Below are positions 14,137 to 26,145 of a stretch of DNA of 64,000 bases, piece after piece. Position numbers and translations under genes: made by a program. Within the stretch, counting starts at the first letter, position 1, and each line of letters opens with the position of its first letter. The notes beneath the pieces were generated by a model. It was not told the origin of the DNA. It did not search any database and was given only the letters and a program-made list of their open reading frames with translations. The DNA is from Eledone cirrhosa (Eukaryota). Where the stretch lies: contig OZ024743.1 of assembly GCA_964016885.1 (NCBI GenBank), positions 161,200,001 through 161,264,000 of the forward strand, written 5' to 3'.

Positions 14137-14650
14137 GGCATGTGGTTCAGTGGATAGGGTATTTGGCTGACAATCATAAGGTTACAAATTCAGTTCCTGG
14201 CAGTGTATTGTATCCTTGAGCAAGACACTTTATTCATATTGCTCCAGTCCATTCAGCCAGCAAAAACGAGCTGTACTCTTCATTCAAGTCCAGCTTTGTC
14301 ATATATTGTGTGACACCATATGTCCCTGGTAGTTACATTAGGAAATGCACATGAAGACTGGAACTATATGTGTCTGTGGAATGCTCAGTCACTTGCATGT
14401 TAATTTTGCAAGCAGTCTGTTCTCTTGTTCTGGAACACTCCTCATCAGAAACAGCAGATGTCCAACATGTTATTAGAGAAAATATGAAAGGAAAATAATC
14501 ACCTCTACCCACCTTATGGTGGGTGAGGGCACTACGTTGTCTCAACAAAACAGCAGCTACATTTAAATCTGGTTGGCTTTTGAAACAATATAACCTCTAT
14601 CAATCAAAGCAAGACATGCAGGCCGATATGCAGAGGAAGATGAAGCAAAC
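14137..14650 (+). mobile_element. Older CORE-like tRNA SINE
   Basis: A/B-box-like head followed by TCCTTGAGCAAGACACTT core; decayed. Confidence 0.6.
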
Positions 14651-15211
14651 CGAGCATGTGCAATTTACACACCTACTCATTTATTTGTGCCTCACTATTT
14701 GGGGTGATGAAACATGATGTTGGGCACTTGGCTTGTATAGGCAGTTAGCAAGTGGTGAGGTTACATAGAATGACATGTGGTTGCATGGGGGTGGTCACAA
14801 TAAACATACAAGTCATTATTGCTTGCAAAGATCAGAAGTCTATTTCAGACCAGTGCCCTGTCATGATTGTGGAAGGGAAGGCAATGAGACTGTTTATGCA
14901 GGACAGAAAGTTAAGTTGCTACACATGTTGTAGTTAAAAACACTTAAAGGCTTTTTGTCTGTAGGAATATCAAAAACTGAAACAAAAGACAGCAGCAGCA
15001 GAAACAATGACAAGTCCCAGAAGATGTTCTTTAAATACGAGGCTCACACAATTTCCATCTCCCAAATTCACTGATAAGGAATTAAACAATCTAAGTTTAT
15101 AGTAAATGACAGTTTTCCAACATGTCAGACAATGCAATGGAACCCACATTCATGTGCTTGTAATATGAACTTCTCCACTACACAACTATGTCTACACACA
15201 CATACATATAT

Positions 15212-15259
<48 letters not shown>

Positions 15260-15743
15260 AGAGAGAGAGGGCGGGCGTGTATAGAGACCTTCTACAAGTA
15301 ATTATGTAAGTACAACTTCTGCATGGTGGGTGTTGGCAACTAAATTAGCAACCACACCAAGACTGTGTATGAAAATTCCCATGGAGGAAGGATACTCTAA
15401 TATGAATTCTATAGTGTTTGTAGTTTCTCGCCATTCATCTTCCTTTCTTTTTCTGCTTGTTGCTTGTTTAATAACTTCAAACATTTAGAGAGTGGCATTA
15501 ATGCTACATAAGTATTCAGCACAAGTTTGGTGTGATGGTCTTTTTTGTGCCTTTTGTTCCCAATGTAGATGAACATTTAAGTTTCTTGGAGCTAGAAACA
15601 CATGTCAATAATAACAGTGATTGAGGTATCATGTGCGTCACAATGAAATACTGCCACTTTCGTAGTTTTTTCATGTGTCAGCACCCTAGAGTTGGAGTGA
15701 GTCACAGTCCTCCAGTTGCTAACATGATTGGATCCTCCATTAA

Positions 15744-15948
15744 CCCTTTAGCACTTAAACTGGTCATATCCTGCCAGAATTCTCTCCCCTCTTTCTGTTC
15801 AAACTGGCCGTAACCAGCCACTCATACTGGCATTAAAGTATTATTCTCAAAATAAATATCAAAATTTCATAGATTTTATATTATGTGAGATAATGAGTTT
15901 ACCATGAGAATACAATAGTTTATATAGAGTAATGTAAATGCTAAAGGG
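15744..15948. mobile_element. piggyBac-type MITE
   Basis: TTAA on both sides; TIR CCCTTTAGCA / TGCTAAAGGG. Confidence 0.8.
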
Positions 15949-16208
15949 TTAAAGAGCTGTTGGTGAAGCCATATTTATAAAATATTTTCATCATTGTGAA
16001 AGCTCATGAGAGGGAGGCACTACATCTTCTTTTCTGTGCTAGCATGGGGCGGAGAAGACTTTTTAATGCACTTTTTCTACAGATGTCCTTCTTGGTTCCA
16101 GTCCATGCTATATTTATTTTAAAGAACAGTATATATTCAAAGGTCCAGCGTTCACTTGTCACATGGATTCTTGAAACCAATTAAATTTGTTTAATATATT
16201 TATATATA

Positions 16209-18130
16209 TCATCATCATCACCATTTAATGTTCTCTTTTCCACACAGGCATGGATTAGATTGTTATGAGCAATACCAGGTCAGGTGACTGTCTTGCTCAT
16301 ATAGAACTGATTTGGGCTTGGTTTTTACAGCTGGATGCCCTTCATTTACAGTGAATACTGGATGGCTTTTGTTGTGATGCCTACACAACCACTTTACAGT
16401 CTGGACTGGGTGCTTTTTGTTGTGTCACCTACACAACCACTTTACAGTGTGGGCTGGGCGCTTTTTACTATGTTGCCATCACAACCATTTTACAGTGTGG
16501 GCTGGCGGTGTCACTGGATGTATACTTCAGCTTCACCTCATGGGGGATGTATGGGAGTGGGTGGGATGGTGCATGATATATATATATGCTTCGGCCTGTG
16601 GCCATGGGAATTTGGGTCTTCTGTATTACTGCATAATGTCAGAAACCTCAGTCCTCTGTTGTCACCTTTGAGCACTCTGCATCTTTGTATGCAGCTGTCA
16701 TCTTTCATAGGCATCACATATCCATATCAATGCAATCTCCTCTCTTGCATACTGCATCTGATTCCTCTTACGCTTAGTTTCGCTCTCAGTTCATTTATGC
16801 TTTGCCGTTCATGCATATTACTATTACACATCCATCGGAGCATGCAATTTCATTTCTTTCCAATCTACATAAGTCTTCTGCACACAGTGCACAGGTCTCA
16901 CTCCCATGCAACATTGCTGTTTGTATGCATGCATCATAGTCTGCCCTTCATTTTGATGGAAAAGCCTTATGTAGCTAGCAGTGGTAATATCTACCTGGAC
17001 TTTTTCCATCTCGTTCTTACTCTGGCTACTGTACTTTCAGAACACCCACCACCGCTGCTAATTTGGTCACTCGGGTAGCAGAAAATGTCTACTGTTTCTA
17101 CCGAGCTTCCCAGAATTTAATAGTGCTTGTTTCCTGTGGTCGTTTGCTGCTTACTGTCCCAGTGCAGCTGCTACATGTAAAGCCTATATTCTTAGCTAAA
17201 CTTCCTTAGATCCCATTACATCTCTTGTGTACCCATAGTTTGCATTTGAATCAGAGGATAGAATTTCTACCTACACCTTTCCTACATACTGAGTCAGGTC
17301 ATTTCCCTGAAGGGATCAGGGTTCTGTTTTCTCTACTACTTACTAGGACCTTAGAATTTGTCAGGTTGACTTTAAAACCCTTTGTTTCTAGACCCTGTTT
17401 CTATGTTTGGAATTTCTTCTCTAGTTCCACCATAGATTCTGCTATGAGTGTAAGATCATCTGCATACAGGAGTTCTCATAGGCTGCCGATCTTCAACTCT
17501 TCTGTTGTAGTCTGAAGTACGATGATAAACAGGAGAGGGCTAAGAACAGAGCCCTTGTGGATGCTAACATGTATGCTAAATTCCTCGCTATAGTCATTGT
17601 TAATCCTAAGTTTGCTGACTGCTCCCCTATACATGACTTGTACAGCCGTCACAAGCCACTCATCTACTCCCCGTTTTCTAGGAGCCCACCGGATTATGGC
17701 ACAAGGCACTCTGTCGAAAGATTTTTCCAGATCGACAAATGCCAAGTAGAGCGGCTTACTTTTAGCTAGGTACTTTTCCTTTAACTGCCTCTCAGGCAAG
17801 AGAACATCTGTAGTGCTTTTGTCTGGCACAAATCCGAACTGCATTTCACCTAGATTTACCTGGTCCCTAATCAGCTGTGCTATAACTCTTTCTGTTACTT
17901 TCATGACCTGGTTCATCAGCTTGATGTCTCTATAGTTTCCTCTATCTAGTACATCTCCTTCACCCTTGCAGCAGTTGACAATTATGCTGCTGCGCCAATC
18001 ATTCGGTATGACACCATCTAGTATTACTTGGTTTACAATACGTGTGTTTATGGCGTGATCTACCAAACCAGATGCTTTCAGCATCTCGGCAACTACTCTC
18101 GATAGGCTGACTGCTTTCCCAGTCTTCATT
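16209..18130 (-). mobile_element. 5'-truncated RTE LINE (RT and 3' UTR), pseudogenic
   Basis: ORF 17476-18153 carries RT motifs (QFGFVP..STTD, AFVDLEKSFDRVP, GSVLSPLLF); colinear with the 26146-28076 copy; (GAT)n tail. Confidence 0.9.
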
Positions 18131-18360
18131 AGTTCAGAGTTTCTATTATACAAGTTTAAACGATAGGAAGTAAGTATATTTATTTACAAATTAATTACTC
18201 TGTATATGTGTACAATACATTAGTAGTTTCTCAATGGATATATATCTTTAAACTTGTATCTATCTGTCTGTATATATATATATATATAAATATATGTTGA
18301 GGTGTGATAGTTTGTTTGAAGCATTGTGGAATATGAAACAGACTTACACACACACACACG

Positions 18361-18425
<65 letters not shown>

Positions 18426-18571
18426 AGAGATTCCAGTTGTGAAACACCTGTCAAAATTTATAGTCCTCGCTGGAGCAAGGTATGACATGGCTAGACTTGC
18501 CTCCTGGCACGAACAACCCATCTAACCCATGCAAGCATGGAAGAATTGATGCTAGATGGAAATGATGATGA

Positions 18572-18620
<49 letters not shown>

Positions 18621-19783
18621 CATTTATGTACGTATGTGTTTATGTGTGTGCCTGTGTGCATGGTTACTTACATATATGTATCTGGTTATCTCTCCATCAA
18701 CTAGCTACACATTCAATACAAACCATATTCCCTTATCAGCCTCTACAAAATTAAATTTATGGCTCTCAGAATACCACTAAGTTTTATCAAATCCAAAGAA
18801 TGTTGTCTCCTTTCTCCTTCTACTTAATTATTTCACTCAGAAATTCTGCAACCTTTCATTTCTCTGTCACGTTTCCATCATTTGTATAACTCTGCAAAAT
18901 TCTTATCTAACTTATTGCCCATGTACTATGGAGTTCTTAGCCCTTTCATGACTGCATTTCTAATTAAATACAATCTATTTTGATTAATTAATGAAGAATT
19001 TTGAGGGATTTATTAAAATCATTAATTATTCCTTTACTAAGGTTCTTATATAAAATTATGTTAAAAGATTTTAATTTAAATTGGAAACCTTTAAAATGGG
19101 TGATTTTATTTCAGAGAACCAGAGCCAGTTTTGGCCAGGTTGGGTTGGTAAATAAAGGGTTAAAAAACTGCCCTGTCCCACACAAGTACCTCAAATTCTA
19201 ATACCATACACTATTATATTATAATCTCTCTTATCACCACAAATGTATTTAGTTCTTTACTTAGCAGTGTAATATTACTGGTGAGTCCACAATGGAGTGG
19301 TGTTGTTGTTTTACATCTGAAACGGGTCAGTATTGTCTTACAGCTGGGTTGCATCTCTTACACCACCCAACATAGTTCCATTGAAGACCACCTCTCATGG
19401 ATAGAATTCAACTTGTTGATATTAACTGACAAATTGGAACACTGCAACTTGACTAACAACTCACTCTCAGATAGAAATAGTTCTTTTTCCTCTGTCACCA
19501 TATTAAGTAATTTCTTTCTTATTGCACACACAACCATTCATACACAACCATTCATACACAATTTATTCATTGCTAACCACTAAACCATGTGCCTTCACTA
19601 TTATGTATATATATATATATATATATAAAAATAAAATTATCTCAATATAGTTATACACAAAAATATCATAATTCAGGGCATACTCATACAATATTATTAT
19701 GGAAGCAACAATAATCATATTTTATATTACCTATGACCAGGCAGGAATAGTAAGCAAAACAGAAATTCTTACATTAGAATTAA

Positions 19784-19817
<34 letters not shown>

Positions 19818-19929
19818 AAGAGAAAGATTGTATATAAATAAATATATATACAAACACTAGCATAGTACCTGTCAAACATGATGGGGATTATAGTAAAAAA
19901 TATATATGCGTGTGTGTGTGTATGTAGGT

Positions 19930-20240
19930 AATGCAACAAAAAGGGCACAGCCCACACTGTAAAGTGGTTGTGTAGGTGTCTCAACAAAAGCATCAAGCCT
20001 ACACTGTAAAGTGACACAACAAAAAGCACCCATTCCATGCTGTAAAGTGGCCATGTACGTGTCATGACAAAAAGCACCCAGCACACACTGTGAATGTGGT
20101 TGGTTTTAGGAAGGGTATCCAGCCATAGAAACCAAGCCAAATCCAGTCCTATAAGAGCAAGACATGGTCATCTGACCTAGCCTATCTCACAACTCATCTA
20201 ACCCATGCTAGCATGGAAAATGGACATTAAACGGTTGATA
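19930..20240 (+). mobile_element. RTE 3' UTR/tail fragment
   Basis: ~45-bp units followed by AGGAAGGGTATCCAGCC...GCATGGAAAATGGACATTAAAC. Confidence 0.7.
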
Positions 20241-20247
20241 TATTTAT

Positions 20248-20445
20248 ACTATATGTACTTGAATATAAACCGATACAAATATAAGCTGACCCAACTATTC
20301 TGAGAAATGGGCAAAAATCTAAACCATATTTACTTAGAATTTGAAGTTGGTGAAACTCATCAAAATATTGACCCTAATATAAGCCAACCCCTTCTACCAT
20401 TGATTTTTGGGTCATATATTCCTTGACTTATATTTGAGTATATAT
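20248..20445. mobile_element. Tc1/mariner (Tc2-like) MITE, degraded
   Basis: Imperfect terminal inverted repeats TACTTGAATATAA.CCGA / TTGACTTATATTTGAGTA. Confidence 0.5.
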
Positions 20446-21260
20446 CATCATCATCATTAGGGGCTAAGTCTGTTCCACACACCGGCGACCATTGCATTGC
20501 TCTCTAGTCCTTCTCATTGCCGGTGTTCTTGATGAGGTTGCTCTTTCTTGTCCTATTTTCATTGAACTATTAGTTCAGGCTATCTGTAAATGTTGTCCTT
20601 TGTCTTCCTTGTCTCTTTCCAGCGATCTTGCCACAAAGAATCAGCTTCTTCCAACTGTCTCATCTGCTTACGTAGCCAAAGAATTCCAATTGCCTCTTTC
20701 TAATAGTACAGACAAGCGATCTTTCCATGCCTGCCAGTCTTAGGACTATTGTTGGGTTTTTTTCCTATCCAAGATATTTTGAATATTTTTTAGATGAACC
20801 ATATTTCAGCAGCATCCAGTTTCCTTGGCATTTTATTGCTTATCATCCAGCATTCATAACCGTATGTTTTCAGGATGTAGAATTTTGTGTATATACTGGT
20901 GTTTCTGTTTGTAAATACGGATGTCATTTTGTTAAAATCATCTTTTGATAAAGCAATTCTTTTCTATATTTCTCTGTCTCATCTGCCGTCTGATGTCAAG
21001 GTATATTCAAGGTATTTAAAGGAGCATACTTGTTTGATGTGTGTGTCGCTACATATAATGTTGCATGACAGTATCTGAGGCCTTTTGGAGACCACCATAC
21101 ATTTTGTTTTCTTTGTCTTTAGTGTGAGTCCTTTTGCTTCGCTGCTGGCTGTCCCTGTGTCAAAGAGAGACTGAAGCCCTTGTTTTGAGTCTGCTATCAG
21201 GATAGTAGTGGTGGCATACCTTAAGTTATTGTTTCACCCTCTGATCTTAAATTTTCCATC
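20445..21260 (-). mobile_element. RTE (BovB-like) LINE fragment, different family
   Basis: Minus strand NNLRYA.T.LIADSKQGLQSL...KGLTLKTKKTKCMVVSK; (GAT)n tail at the left end. Confidence 0.65.
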
Positions 21261-21337
21261 TATATACTTATTTCTATATATATGTGTGTGTGTATATATA
21301 TATAGACATAATGCATAGATGTTTAAGTATATATATA

Positions 21338-21530
21338 TGTAAACGGTAAACAGAAATAAGAAAGCAAACGACACAGTACATTGAAAGAATATATTAGTTT
21401 AATGCTTGAAATAGCAGGAAAAGAGTCTTAACATTTTGGACACCACAAGTCCTTCATCAAAAGATAGTTATAAATAGAAGATAAATAGAAAGATAAGGAT
21501 TGAGAAGGGGGAAAAATAAGAAAAACAAAT
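21338..21530 (-). mobile_element. PLE pseudo-LTR fragment with decayed hammerhead; same family as 61380-61575
   Basis: Reverse complement reads TCTT-TTGATGA-AGGAC..GTCC-AAAATGTT-AAGA, and the downstream sequence aligns with 61451-61575. Confidence 0.6.
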
Positions 21531-21551
21531 ACATATATAAATGTGTATGTA

Positions 21552-22833
21552 CGAGGGGGGGATCAAAAAGTTTGCAGAATTTTATTGTAGTAAGAAAAAA
21601 ATAGATTAAACAATATTAAACATGTCAGAACATTGTCACTGGGTCTTTACCTTGCTATTAGTCACTTGCAGTCAGTTATGCGTGGACTATTGTACACTTT
21701 AAAAAACCTCTTTTTGGAACAATGGAAAATAGTTAATTTGAGATAAGATCGAATATCAAGTTTCTGGTGAAACTCAAATGGAAAGGGACAGATTATGGAG
21801 GTTTTAGTTAGCTCCAAAGAAAACTGCTGTCTACAAGTGGATTCAGCGATTCAAACAAGGGAGAGATGACCTTGAAGACGACCATCGCAGTGGAAGACTA
21901 GGAACATAAAAAAATGACCAAAACGTTGAGGCTGCTCAGACTTTAATTGAAGAAGATCGAAGAATAACAGTTAATCAGTTAGCTAAGTCCCTAGACATTT
22001 CATATGATTCGGCAAATTCAATTCTGCACGATAATTTGGGACTAAGCAAGCTTTCAGCGCGATGGGTCCCAAAAGCGTTGCGCCCTGATCAGCTGATTCT
22101 TCCAAGTGATCTGTCTTTGGCGATATTAAACAAAATTGAAGTTGATGAAGAGCATTTCCTGACCAGAATCATCACCGGAGATGAAACCTGGATCTACCAG
22201 TATGATGCTGAATCCAAACAGCAGTCAAAACAGTGGCTTCCACGTGGATCATCGGGGCCAATCAAGTTCAAATCTCAAAAGTCGGATCAAAAAGTGATAG
22301 CCACCATTTTCTGGGATTCAGATGGGGTGATACTAATAGATTATCTTGAAGGTCAAAGAACTGTGACAGGAGCTTACTATGCAAATGTTTTAAGGAAGCT
22401 GAAAGAGGCTTTAGTCAAGAAACGAAAAGGGAAACTTCATGGTGGGATCTTGTTTCACCATGACAATGCACCAGCGCATTCTGCGTGGGTTGCAAAAGAA
22501 GTTCTTCGAGAATTTCGATGGGAAGTGCTTCCTCACCCGCCTTATAGTCCAGATTTAGCCCCATCAGACTTTTTCCTCTTTCCAAAACTCAAAGAAATGC
22601 TAAAAGGAACCCGTTTTAGTGGTGTTGAAGAAGCTAAAAACACTGCCAATACATGGCTTCGAACAAGGCCTTCAACTTTCTTTAGAGACCGCTTACGAAG
22701 CTGGAAGCATCGCCTTGTCAAGTGTATTGACCTGAATAGCAACTATGTAGAAAAATAAATTGATGGTAAATCATATTTTTTGAAAAATAGAATATTTTCT
22801 GAAAAATTCCGCAAACTTTTTGATCCCCCCTCG
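21552..22833 (+). mobile_element. Full-length mariner (DD34D) transposon; transposase disrupted in the N-terminal part
   Basis: TA TSD; ~30-bp TIRs CGAGGGGGGATCAAAAAGTTTGC; ORF 22036-22758 with WVP, TGDETW, HHDNAPAH and YSPDLAPSD; stops and frameshifts in 21720-22035. Confidence 0.95.
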
Positions 22834-22839
22834 TATATA

Positions 22840-23178
22840 TCTTCTATATATATAAAAGCGAGGATGTGTGTGTGTGTGTGTGTGTGTGTGTCTGTGGACA
22901 ACTTTGGACAGCTTAGGCTTTTACAATTCCCAACCGAATTTGACCGAATTTTCTGTGCACGTTGCACCTGTCGCTGAGATGGTCACATCACAAACATTTT
23001 CAAATCGACCGCCTTTGAACAATAAAAAATCGATAGCAAAATTATTAATTTCCATTAATTATTGAAGACTTCTACTTATTTTGACAGGCTGGGGACAAAT
23101 AGTTTTCTTCTTTTACTTCCTAACTGTATATTCTTAGCATAATTTCAAACCCGGGGCAACGCTCGGTAAGTCTGCTAG
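22840..23178 (+). mobile_element. Non-autonomous Helitron
   Basis: 5' TC...TATATATAAAA, internal (TG)n, 3' hairpin CCGGGGCAACGCTCGG then CTAG; inserted between A and T. Confidence 0.85.
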
Positions 23179-23211
23179 TATATATATATGTGTGTGTGTG
23201 TATATGTGTGT

Positions 23212-23273
<62 letters not shown>

Positions 23274-23318
23274 ATATATGTGTGTATGTGTGTGTATATG
23301 TGTGTGCATATATGTGTG

Positions 23319-23351
<33 letters not shown>

Positions 23352-23658
23352 ATATGTGTTTGTGTGTATATATGTGTGTGTATGTATATGTGTGTGTATA
23401 GGTGTGTGTGTATATGTGTGTGTATATGTATGTGTATATATATGTGTATATATATGTGTGTGTGTGTATATATATGTGTGTGTGTATATATATATGTGTG
23501 TGTGTATATATATATGTGTGTGTGTGTGTGTATATATGTGTGTGTGTGTGTATATATATGTGTGTGTATATATATATATGTGTATATATATATATATATG
23601 TGTATATATATATATATATATGTGTGTAAATATATATATATATATGTGTATATATATA

Positions 23659-23689
<31 letters not shown>

Positions 23690-23762
23690 GTGTGTATATA
23701 TATATATATATATGTGTGTATATATATATATATATGTTTGTATATATATATATATATATGTG

Positions 23763-23796
<34 letters not shown>

Positions 23797-23797
23797 T
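23179..23797. repeat. Interrupted (TG)n/(TA)n microsatellite array
   Basis: Directly visible. Confidence 0.95.
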
Positions 23798-23881
23798 TTG
23801 CATAAACCTAATAAACCTTTATTTGTCTGCCTCTCTGTTTTTTTCCCGTCCAAATTTGTACTTTATATATATATATATATA

Positions 23882-24166
23882 AATAAATTTCAAAGCATAT
23901 TACATGATGCTTTCGACAGTAAGGAAGAGCATTTAGAGTCGGACAATATAGAGGGACAGTGGGAATTTCTGAAAGCAAACCTGCTGATGGCGACAGATGA
24001 AGTCTGTGGCTGGAGCAGGCCTGTTGGCAGGAGGAGAGTAACTCATTTCTACAGCTGAGTAAACTGGAGCAATGTGAAATAAAGTGTCTTGCTCAAGGAA
24101 ACAACACATCACCCGGTCTGAGAATTAAACTCACAACCTTTCGATTGTAAGGCCAATGCTCTAACC

Positions 24167-24167
<1 letters not shown>
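23882..24167. mobile_element. Chimera: RTE internal fragment (+, 23882-24042) fused to a CORE-SINE 5' half (-)
   Basis: Translation NKFQSILHDAFDSKEEHL...WEFLKANLL.ATDEVCGWS; followed by the reverse complement of the SINE head. Confidence 0.8.
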
Positions 24168-24226
<59 letters not shown>

Positions 24227-24282
24227 TAAACCTAATAAACATTTATTTGTCTGACTCTGTTATTTTCCCGTCCAAATTTGCA

Positions 24283-24337
<55 letters not shown>

Positions 24338-24353
24338 TGTGTGTGTATATATA

Positions 24354-26115
24354 TCTAGATCAATTTGCTCTCTGGTTAGTTGCGCTATTACTTTTTCTGT
24401 GACCTTCATGACCTGGTCGATTAATTTAATGCCTCTATAGTTACCCCTATCTAGGGCATCTCCTTTACCCTTGTAGCAGTTAATGATGATGCTGCTACGC
24501 CAGTCCTTCGGAACAACCCCATTCTGTATGACTTGGTTTACTATCCGGGTGACCATGGTGTGTCCCACCGTTCCAGAAGCTTTCAGCATTTCAGCAACTA
24601 TTTCCGAAGGCCCAGCCGCCTTACCCGTCTTCATATCTTTGATTGGCTTACTTATTATACTACCTTTGACTAACACTGCTGGTCCCTCTATTGGATCAAT
24701 GTGGGGGAGACTGTTTTTCTCCCATTTATTCTCCTCATTTAGTAGCCTTTCATAGTGACACTGCCAAGCTACCTTCTTATCAGCGTCAGTGATGGCAAGT
24801 ACACCATCACGATTAAGGACACATTTCTCCCCGACAATATCACGGTTTTCTTTGACACATTGCCTAGCAATCCTGAACACCTCACGTTTTTGGTCCTCGC
24901 GTTGTAGAACATGCTTGAACTTTCTTTCTTCTGCTTCCCTTCTTGCAAAGTACACTTGTCTCCTAGCTTCCCTCCTGGCCACTTGATAGTCTTCTCTACT
25001 TCCCCCATCCCGCCATACTTTCCAAGCCTGCTTTTTGGCCTTAATTGACTCCTCCAACTTAATGTTCCACCACCATGTTACTCTAAGCATCAAGTAATAT
25101 GCTTTTAAATTTATTACTGGCTGTGGGGTCCTTTAGCTTCCATATTATTCTCCTGAGGATAGTCCTCTTCTGTTGTCGAGTACGTCTCGTCCTGACTATG
25201 AGGTCGCTAATTATCAGTCTATGTTGGGAGGTGCATTCTTCATGGTGGAGGGATTTAGTGTTTACAACAGACACTCTGGCACGTCTTCTGGTAATGATAT
25301 AATCTACCTGGCTGGTATGTTCCCCTGATCTGTAGGTGATCAAGTGATTGTCTCGTTTTTTGAAGTTAGTGTTACAGATAGTTAGGTTATTTGCGTCACA
25401 GAATTCCAGGATTCTGGAATCTTCCTCATTTCTAGTACCAAACCCATAGCCTCCGTGGATTCCGTCATAGCCGTCACAATGTTGTCCAACGTGACCATTT
25501 AGGTCACCAGCAATAATTATATAGTCACTGTCGGTTATTTAGGAGGTAGTGAACATCAGTGTCTCATAGAATCTGTCTTTTATAGCGCCAGGCAGTCCAG
25601 ATTGGGGTGCGTACGCAGATATTACCGTCACAGTAGTTCTATTTAGAACAGGTCTTATTTTAATTATTCTGTCATTCACTCTATTTACGTCTATTATCTT
25701 ATCCACCTATTTTTCTGCTAAAATGATTCCAACCCCACCCAGCCCATTGTCATTTCCCACCCAGAAAAGCTTATAGCATCGTTTTTTACCCATAATGAAT
25801 CTAGCAGACCCGCTCCTCCACCTGGTCTCTTGGATACAGCAAACATTAACCTCCTTACGTTCAAGCATTTCTACAACCTCATTAGAGCGGTCTTTTAAGG
25901 TGCCTACATTCATGGTACCAACTCTGAAGTTCTGGATTGCGTTTGGTGGGTGGGGCGCGGGGTGAGGGGAATGGGGTTGGGGTTATGTTGGCCATCCGCG
26001 GCCGAAACAAAGAGGAGGAGTCCTTGCCCTTTCGTCCGGCAGTATGAGGTGAATTTGTCGTTATCTTTGGCATTGTCTCCGAGTGTCCAGACTCTCCAGA
26101 AATTCCTTAGTCCAT
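24354..26115 (-). mobile_element. RTE LINE 5' portion (APE endonuclease to start of RT), pseudogenic
   Basis: MNVGTLKDRS..VCCIQETRW, ITYRSG..SQVDYI, SQHRLI, GNYRGIKL; stops and an internal deletion at ~25085. Confidence 0.9.
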
Positions 26116-26145
26116 ATATATATATATACACATATATATATATAT

